The notes beneath the pieces were generated by a model. The model worked only from the letters and a program-made list of their open reading frames with translations, was not told the DNA's origin and ran no database searches. A stretch of DNA of 64,000 nt. Source: Cycas panzhihuaensis (taxonomy: Eukaryota > Plantae > Cycadophyta). Positions 55,737-64,000 of this stretch are shown here, piece by piece. Location: NCBI GenBank assembly GCA_023213395.1, contig CM041465.1, positions 216,697,741-216,761,740 of the forward strand, read 5' to 3'. Numbering within the stretch: the stretch's first letter is position 1; each line of letters starts with the position of its first letter. Both the position numbers and the translations under genes were made by a program.

Positions 55737-56893
55737 TTACCTTTTTTTTTTTTTTTTTTTTAACATTCTATATAGTTTCAGTCTGCTACCATTGACTAAT
55801 TTAGTCAATGGCTGTCCATCTAACTGTTGCAACCTAACTGATCCATTTTCATAAATATATTGAATTCTGTATGGTCCTAACCATCTAATTTTCATTTTTC
55901 CTGGTTCAAATTTAAACTTACTGTCATATAATAAGACCAAATCATTTACCTTAAATTCAGGTTTCTTGATGTAGCGATCATGCCATGCTTTCCGTCTTTT
56001 CTTTTCAATCCTTAATTCCCATAGTGTACGTGCTCGGGTTTCATCCAGCTTCATCAACTGGATCAACCGCTGGTCAAGGGATGTTTCTGGGTCTGCCCTG
56101 AGGTATTGGGCCACTCTCAGACTTCCTGCTTGAAACTCAAGAGGAACCACAGCTTCCAATCCATATACCAGTTGAAATGGTGTATGTTTGTGAGATCACT
56201 TCTTTACCGATTACGCATGCGCGGTGAATGCAACTTTTCCGCCCAATCGGTTTGTTGTCCATTGCATATTTTCATCAAAGCAATCTTCAAAATTTTATTC
56301 GTACTTTCTACCTGCCCATTTGCTCTGGGATAATAAGGTGAAGATCGTCGATGCTGAATGAAAAATTCTGTAGTTAAATATTTGATTGTCTGATTCAGGA
56401 AGGCTCCTCCTTGATCAGACACGATTTCCAACGGACAACCAAACCTAATAATAATAACTTCATATAAGAAGTGAGCTATGCTTCTTGCATCACATTTTTT
56501 CATTGGTTTTGCCTCAATCCATTTTGTCAAAAAATCTGTGGCCACCAGTATGTACCTTGCATTCGTTTTCCTTGCTGGTGGACTAATTGGTCCCACAAAA
56601 TCTAATCCCCACTTCTCAAATGGGGCCTGGGCCAATATTGGATTAAGTGGCATAAAATTCTGCTTTGAAGGTTTACCTGCTCTTTGGAAGATATCACAGG
56701 TTTTTACCCATTTCTCTGCATCCTCGAACAGTGTAGGCCACCATAACCTTGCTGTCAACACTTTTCTGGTTGTGACTTCTCCTCCATGATGCATTGCAGC
56801 TATTCCTTCGTGCGCCTCTTTCAGCAATGGCTCTACTTCGTGTTGAAGTATGCACCTTCGTAAGATTCCATCAGGTCCCAGTTTATATAACAT
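55737..56893 (-). pseudogene. Gypsy integrase
   Basis: H..HH..C zinc-binding region, WGLDFVGP, IVSDQGG, YYPRANGQVESTNK, GPY/F tail WLGPYRI; frameshift near 56200. Confidence 0.95.
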
Positions 56894-56905
56894 ACCACCT
56901 ATTAA

Positions 56906-58340
56906 TTAGAATGGAAAGGTTTTCTTAATAAAACTTTTCCTTTCAACTCTTTCCAGCCCTTGGGGTGTTTGCCCTGTGGTTAAATATTCTGCAATCCCTT
57001 CATACCATGCTGGCATAGCTTCTATGGAGAATAATTTGTGATCTGGAAAATCATCAAATACTCCCTTACCTTTTCCATTATCCTTTATGCGTGATAATTG
57101 ATCTGGTATGATATGTTTCTCTCCCTTTTTCACCATAATTTTGAACATGAATTCTTGGAACAGCATTAGCTAGCGGCTAATTCTCCCCTGCAAAATTGGT
57201 TTATTGATCAAATACTGAAGGGCTTGATGATCCACAAAGAATACAAATGGATTTGCTAACAAGTAGTGTCGAAACTTCTGTAAGGTATACACCATGCCTA
57301 ATCCTTCTTGTTACAGCAGAATAGTTACGCTCGGATGTCAATTTCACCTTGCAAAGGCAATCTAAGATCTATTTTTCATCTTAGGTTGCGCCAACACACG
57401 ACCAATGGCATACGGTGATGCATCAACATGAACATGGAGCGGTTTGTTCCGATCGAAATTTAAGCACAGGAGCTTCAACTATCTTCTTCTTCAAAGCATC
57501 AAAAGATAGTTGTTGTTAAAGTGTCCATTCCCATTTCACAGTTTTCTTCAGCAACGATTCTAGAGGATGGGCTATCCGATCATAGTTTCTTATAAATTTC
57601 CGGTAATAACCGGTCATTCCCAAGAAACCTTTCAAATTTTTAGGCGTCCGGGGAACAGGAAATCTCAAAATTACCTCTACTTTTGTTGGGTCAGTTTTTA
57701 ATCCATCCTTTGAAACAATATTCCCTAGCAATGATCCAAATGGTACCAAAAAGGTACATTTGTCTGGATTTAAGCATAACCTGCTTTCCCTGCACAATTC
57801 TAACATTAGTCTTAATTGAGACAAATATTTTTCTATCGTACTATACAGAGTCCAATCATCTAGAAACACCTCTACTACTTTACCCAATAACTTCTTGAAG
57901 ATGTTTAAAATTACTCTTTGAAAAGTTGCAGGAGCATTTGTCAGCCCAAATGGCATGACTCTATATGCATATGTCCCCCATTCCGTAACAAATGTTATTT
58001 TCAGTTGGTCTTCAAGTGCAATACGAACTTGATTATAACCACTGAAACCATCTGTAAAGAAGAAAATCTCATGTCCTGCTACTTTTTCCAATACATCCTC
58101 CGTGAAAGGTATGGGAAATGGATCTTTCTTCGTAGCTTTATTCAAAGCTCTATAATCTACGCAAATGCGTAGTTTTCCACTTTTTTTGGGTACCACCACT
58201 ACCGGGCTTACCCATTCAATGTTTTCAACTTCAAATATGTATCCGGCTTCTAAAAGTTTGTCTAATTCTATCTTTACTTGCTCCTTGTAGCGCGGATTCA
58301 TTCTGTAAGGTCTTTGCCTTACTGGTTTTGTATCTTCCAT
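56906..58340 (-). pseudogene. Gypsy reverse transcriptase and RNase H
   Basis: RICVDYRALN, DGFSGYNQ, MPFGLTNAPATFQR, VFLDDW, HVDASP, VDHQAL; stops and frameshifts in RH. Confidence 0.97.
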
Positions 58341-58876
58341 TAGCTCAATTTTGTGTTCCCCTAATTACGAGGAATCCCTTTAGGTCTTTATAAGACCATG
58401 CAAAGACATCCTTAAATTCTTGAAAAGAGAAATGACTTCTTTCATTATTATAGGTTCCCAATAATTACCTAATTGTATACACTTTGGATCATCTTCTGTC
58501 CCTACATTAATGAGCTTAAGCTGAAGTTCTTCTTTTTGAATAGATTTCCCATCTGATTTATAGGCTGGTGTTTGCAAAATCTCTTTATTTCCATACTCGA
58601 TGAAAGAATATGTTTTAGGAAAATTCATTTCTTCCTTTGAATCTTCTTCAGAGCATGTCACACTTTTAGACAGTCCATACAAACAATCATTTTGCATTTT
58701 ATTAAAAGGAAGAATTACATTATCTTCTTTGGAATCCCATGATACATTGTTACCTTCACTTGATTTATCTACAGATAATTCCATTAGGTAACATTTTGAG
58801 GACTCCCAGTTTCTTCAGTGATTGCAACGGTCAAGCAAATATCAGATGAAGTCTTGCTTGCCATCGTGGAGGGTAT

Positions 58877-61151
58877 TTAATGCTTAAAATCTTTGTCTCG
58901 AGCAGGACTTATTGTTGTAGCTGTTGATGCTATAGTTGAGGACATTCTATCTTCATCTTCAATCTTTTCAATCTGCGGACCATCTGAACATTGAGGCAAT
59001 ACAACTTTTTTCTGCGAGAATGCAAGGTAAAGGTCAATCTTCCCCAATCTTGCAAAGCCTTTGTTCTTAGCAACCACGGCCGCCCTAGCGATCTTTGGAT
59101 ATGTTCTATTATGATCTTGCATTCTGACAACTGCAAAATCTAATTGAATTGTAATCCCTGCTACAGTTACCGGAATGTCTACTAAGGATCCTATGGGTCG
59201 AATCTGCAATTGGTTTGCTAACCGAATTGTATAATCTAGGGAAACCAACTTTGGCCGTCCCAAGGAAACCTAAGAGGATTCAGAAAGTACATTTACTCCC
59301 AACCCACCATCCACCACTATTTTACAAATCAAAGTTCTTAGCAACATCATTGGGACCTATGGGTCGATTGCATCCATTTTTGTTGTTCTCAATACTGGTT
59401 TTTCTATGTGATGCAGAAAATAACCAGCTTCTCGCCATTTAAAAATCATAGAAATTGGAATAGATATACCTGATTCCATCAGCAATTCTTTTACCATTTA
59501 TAACTTTTGCCAAGGATTTTGCTCCTCCTGTGCTAATGGTCTTCTCTGGTATACATTTCCTTTAAATTGATTCACTTGTTGCATTTCTTCCAATTGTATT
59601 GTCCTTGTTGCCTCTTGTATTGCATCAATGACTTCCTGATCTCCTTTTCTCTACTGCTGGATCTGGGAAATTTGTTGTTTCTGTCAAGTTTGTGGCTTTC
59701 CCACTGCTCGTCTGCACATATACTAGTTTGTCCTTATCCGGAATTTTTGTAGCCAGGTTTGAAGTTTGTATCTTAGGACCTGAATTATTCGGACAATTTG
59801 CCCATTCATGATCTGTTGGGCCACACTCTTCACAGATATAATATTTTCCCTGTTTCTCCATTGGATAGTCTGTCCTAAAATGTCCCCATCTTGCACACAG
59901 GTGGCAGCGCACTGGTTTTGTCTTCCCTTTATATTGCTTAAAGGAAGAATTCTCCTTTTTTTGGTAAAAGGATTCTCTTGGTGGATTTCTGTAATAACAC
60001 TCCCATGTATTATGATTTTCTCTCCTATAGATCTCGCACCATTTCTTCTCTCTTTGTTGATGTTCATTTCTAAAATGACCTTGTTGTTCGCAGGGAGGTG
60101 GACACCACACATTTTCTCGTGCTTTCCCCAGTTTTAACTTAGCTATTTCACTCCTTAACTTTTCAATCTCGTCATTCTGTTGGATTTCAGTAGGTGGTAC
60201 AAGGGACTGCTGTTTCAGCAATTCCAATTCTTTTTTCAGCTTCTCAATTTCTGGATTTATGGTCCATAAGGATGGTTGTCCTATATTCTGGATTCTATTA
60301 TATGCTGTCCTTGTCTGGTTTTCAAACCGCAGCGCTAATTCTTTAACTTGCTCATAATTATTTAAGGGATGAAACATGATTTTTTCTTTTAAATGTGGTA
60401 ATAACCCTTGTACAAAATATTTAAGTGACAGCATTGGATTTATTGGGATAAGAGGATCCATTTTATTTAATATGATTCTCAGTCTACCATCAAAATCATT
60501 AACCGACTCACTTGGAATTTGTCTGATTTCTTCCAGGGCCTGAAATACCGCCATTGGATCTCTTAATCTTTGGAATCTATCCAGAAATTTTGTTTGGACT
60601 ATTTCCCAACTGGGATTTGTTCTTTTGAACATCGGGTACCACGCGATCACTGTTCCTCATAATGTAGAGAAAAATCTGGCCTTAATTTCTTCTGGATCCT
60701 TGACTTTCTTGATTTTCAACATATTAGAAAACAAAGCGAGGTGATCTCCGGGGTCTCCAGAACCATCAAACTGAAGATGTCCAAACATAGCTTCATTTTG
60801 TACCACCACATATGGAGGAATTGTTTGACTTCCCCCACTTCCTTGCGACATTGTTCTCGGAGCTGAGGAACCTAGTCTTGCTGGGTCAATTACATTCAAT
60901 TCATTCTCGTTGCCTTCCTGCCTCAGCGTTGCGCTTTCTGGGCTTTCGTTAATGAATGATGACCCTGTGAACATGCGAGTCATTCTATATAATGGATTTA
61001 GTACATGAGAATGATCCTCTTTTACCTTAAGGATATAACAGTCCCACCCTGCGGTGGGACTGTATATTTCTAATTTTAATAAATTTTCTTCCTTTGTCTC
61101 AAAACTGCCTGTTTGCTTGTTTATCAGTTCCTGATTCTTTGTGAAATTCAA
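58877..61151 (-). pseudogene. Gypsy gag (capsid, zinc knuckles) and aspartic protease
   Basis: FDGSGDPGDHL, IRQIPSESV..YFVQGL, CHLCARWGH and CEECGPTDH knuckles, protease LGRPWL. Confidence 0.9.
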
Positions 61152-61615
61152 GTCTTCCTACACTGTTTTATTATCCTTGGGCAATTCTTCATTAATCAGT
61201 TTCTGTGAATTTTCAATTTCAAGTAGCAATTCTATTTCTTTACTCAGGTGTTCTTCTTTTTTAGTTTGCCAGTCTACTAATTGCTGGGTTTTTAATGAAG
61301 CAATTCTTTATAAATTTGCAGCAAGTCACTTATCTCTACTCGGCGTACCCCAAACTGGGTTTGTCGCCCTTCCTTTCTTTGTTTTCTAGCTTTGCTTCAC
61401 CCCAAGACAACCCTAACTGGTCTCGCCCCTTCTTCATCTTTGTTGTACCAAGAATTGTTCTTCTTAGCGCAACCCCGATTGGATTTCGCCCCTCTCCTTC
61501 TTGGTTTTCCAAAGAACTTTTCTACTCCTACTTAGCACCACCCTAATTGGGTTTGCCCATCTTCTATATGTTGTCCTAACAACAAATTCCTTATTTCTTC
61601 CTGGCACAACCCAGG

Positions 61616-62128
61616 CTAGGTTTGTCGCCCTTCCTTTTCTAATTTTTCTACTTCTACATGGCACAACCCTAATTGGGTTTGCTGTCCTAAAAATTTTTGA
61701 AATATATCCACATTATCCCATACCTGACGATTTTGCAGGTCTCCTTTTTCTGCGTCATTATCTTCCGCGCCTTTATCTTCTGCAACTTTGTCTTCTGTAC
61801 CTTCGTCTTCCGCGGCTTTATCTTCTGCACCTTTGTCTTCCGCGGCTTTATCTTCTATGGCTTGATTTTCGTTAAAAATTTCTCCGCTTCTTTCTTCCTT
61901 CAACCGACTCATGTCTTCCTGGGGCTCCTCGTCCTTATTACAATCTACCGATGTGACTGGGGTCTGGCTTTCCTCTTGCCGCCCCTTCCAACCTTGCTTT
62001 TTTACCAGTTTCTTTTCTATTATTTCTCTGGGTCTCCGCGCGCCCTCCTGGCTCTTCTCTGCGTCCCAGCGTCGGCTTCTTTCGTCCCCAGTTTCTATCT
62101 TTTTCAGCGAATTCACCCTAAGTGGCAT
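61616..62128 (-). CDS. Charged low-complexity ORF upstream of gag with 5-aa EDK[A/G]A repeats
   Basis: ATG at 62128 just after the PBS; 15-bp tandem at about 61755-61860; may be a frameshifted gag N-terminal extension. Confidence 0.4.
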   Translation of the reverse strand: MPLRVNSLKKIETGDERSRRWDAEKSQEGARRPREIIEKKLVKKQGWKGRQEESQTPVTSVDCNKDEEPQEDMSRLKEERSGEIFNENQAIEDKAAEDKGAEDKAAEDEGTEDKVAEDKGAEDNDAEKGDLQNRQVWDNVDIFQKFLGQQTQLGLCHVEVEKLEKEGRQT

Positions 62129-62173
62129 GAGCAGCTTCAGGTCTTTATCTTTTCATCTTTTTCCATTAGGAAA

Positions 62174-62189
62174 CCCGGCAACGGAACCA
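62174..62189 (-). other. PBS complementary to tRNA-Glu
   Basis: CCCGGCAACGGAACCA (reverse complement TGGTTCCGTTGCCGGG), 3 nt from the LTR. Confidence 0.8.
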
Positions 62190-62192
62190 ATA

Positions 62193-62739
62193 TGTGTGCG
62201 CCTCAATCATGCTCAGACAAAATGCAAAGAGAAAGACACACACTTTGGGGTAAATCCATCCAGAATTAATTACTTAAACATGGCATTGCGTCTGGTCCTC
62301 TCACAACCAGACGCCTACCAAACAGTACAGAAAGGCTATCTTACACGTGGCAGAATTCTCTTACAAAGATATATAAGCAAACTGAAGTACCCTCCGCACA
62401 TTGTGGTTTTCCTTTTTTATACTCTTTTTAGGAACATTACATAACGGTTTTCGAAAAGTAAGTTACTTTCTTAACTGTCATGGAGTGCCGCATTGCTCAG
62501 ACGAGACCCATTCCTACCGAATAAGCATTTATGTAGCGAGACTGCACCTGTAGCGAGACTGCACCACAATATGTGATGCAGTAGCGTGTGCACAGCGACT
62601 TCGTAGTAGTCTGTAGCAGCTTCGTAGTAGCCTGTAGCAACTCCATAGCAGTCTATAGCAGCTCTGTAGCAACCTGTAGCAGCTCCATAGTAGCCTGTAG
62701 CAGCTCTGGAGTGGTTGTAATGACAAAATCAACCACACA
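62193..62739 (-). repeat. 5' LTR (547 bp)
   Basis: Direct repeat of 52757-53294. Confidence 0.95.
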
Positions 62740-64000
62740 AACTACAGTAATGAATAGAACAAAGAAGACAAAGATGAGACCACCTTTATCAGAGCCCTAG
62801 GTATACATACTTGGAGTAATAAAGATTGGTTCATAAACTCTAATACATCCAATCACATGTCAGGGAGAGGTAATTAGACATTCCAATCATATTTCTTCAA
62901 CAAAACAATTGAGCTTGGTGAAACTTTTCCTTTATATATCAAAGGCAAGGGAACAATTACAACCAAAATTAATGATAAAGTCAAAAAACATGGTAATGTG
63001 TTATATGTTCCAGGTTTAAAGAAAAATCTACTATTGGTATCTCAACTACAGAAAAAGAAACTTCATATTAATTTTTACTAAGATGGAAAATATTATATTT
63101 ATGATATGGAGTAAAACAGAGTTGTAATAGTAGAGGGAATAGAGACTAATAACCTTTATAAGTTAGTCTTTACTCTTGTGTTACCTCTTATTGTAAAATC
63201 TTTTGTTGTTAAAAGTCTTATTAATGAAATGTGGCATTCCATGTATGAATATATTACAAATAAGAGTTTAGGATTATTAAAGAAATTAAATATGGTAGAG
63301 AGACTTCCTAACATGTCTTTTAATCCATTTAGCTATAAAAGTTACATACTTGGAAAACTACATAGAATCCCATTTCAAAAAAGTACATGGAGAGCTCAAA
63401 AAAACCTAGAATTAATTTATGCAATTATGTGTGGTCTAATTATACCAAATTTATTAATGGTATTAGACACTTTCTTACTTTTATTGATGACCTTATTAGG
63501 AAAACCTAGGTATATTTCTCTTCAATAAATCAAAAGTGCTAAATATTTTTAAAGAATTTAAACCCTAAGTGGAATTAGAAAGTGAGTGTAAGATTAAAAT
63601 TCTCTATTCAGATGGAGGTGGAGAACATATTTCAAATGATTTCTATTATTTCTATAAACTACATAAAATTCAAAGGCAAATCACTATTCCTTATACTCCT
63701 TAGTCAAATACAATTGTTAAACAAATGAACAAAATAATAATGGAGATGGATCGATGTATGATAATTAACAAAATGGTGTCGAAAGCTTATTGGGTTAATT
63801 ACAACCACATATCTTATAAATAGAAGTCCTACTTAAGTCCCTAATAAGATCACCCCTTTAGAAGTCTAGATGAGAAAAAAAAACTAGATATAAGTCATCT
63901 CAAATTCTTTAGTAGTAAAACTTATGTTCACATTCATAATAAAACAAAGAACAAAGATAGATGATAAGAGTATAGAATACATAATAATTAGATACAATAA

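Larger units (their letters stand above)
52757..62739 (-). mobile_element. Full-length non-chromovirus Ty3/gypsy retrotransposon (about 10 kb), TSD AACTA, frameshifted
   Basis: LTR pair TGTGTG...CACACA; AACTA at 52752-52756 and 62740-62744; PBS, PPT and gag-PR-RT-RH-INT order. Confidence 0.97.
33046..64000 (+). other. Probable giant TE-filled intron 4 of the ABCB gene (more than 30.9 kb, open-ended)
   Basis: Strong GTAAG donor; no downstream ABCB exon (AEQAISSIRTV, Walker A) recognisable in the window. Confidence 0.6.
52095..64000 (+). mobile_element. Decayed Ty1/copia gag-protease-integrase, split by the 52757-62739 gypsy insertion
   Basis: gag ARIISLKEQLYKL..DNLASIGE, CYQCGKHGH knuckle; after the insert WFINSNTSNHM (protease), VLYVPGLKKNLLLVSQL, GKLHRIPF..LELIY, YSDGGGEH..IPYTP*SN (integrase). 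Confidence 0.9.

Overview
Plant nuclear DNA, most likely from a large-genome, heavily methylated non-flowering vascular plant such as a fern or gymnosperm (inferred from TE types, CpG/CHG decay and intron size). Only one host gene is visible: the first four coding exons of an ABCB/P-glycoprotein transporter (+, 31259-33045). It has a long N-terminal extension and a promoter with AW-box, P1BS and CTTC-like motifs, and is followed by an apparent intron of more than 30 kb that runs off the window. The rest is nested, mostly decayed LTR retrotransposons. These are Ty1/copia remnants at both ends, two chromovirus-type Ty3/gypsy remnants, a Tat/Ogre-like complex (5132-26154, minus) and two TSD-flanked non-chromovirus gypsy elements primed by tRNA-Glu (36467-42353, lacking RT/RH; 52757-62739, full length with an extra ORF after pol). 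Most notable: (1) a divergent accessory pair in the Tat-like complex, a stand-alone archaeal-type RNase H and an intron-containing plant-mobile-domain (PMD) gene; (2) a 2.8-kb copia-derived element whose two LTRs are inverted yet which is flanked by a perfect 5-bp TSD; (3) a PMD-reminiscent accessory ORF with an upstream repeat array in a second gypsy lineage. All calls are by-eye motif recognition; no database searches were run.
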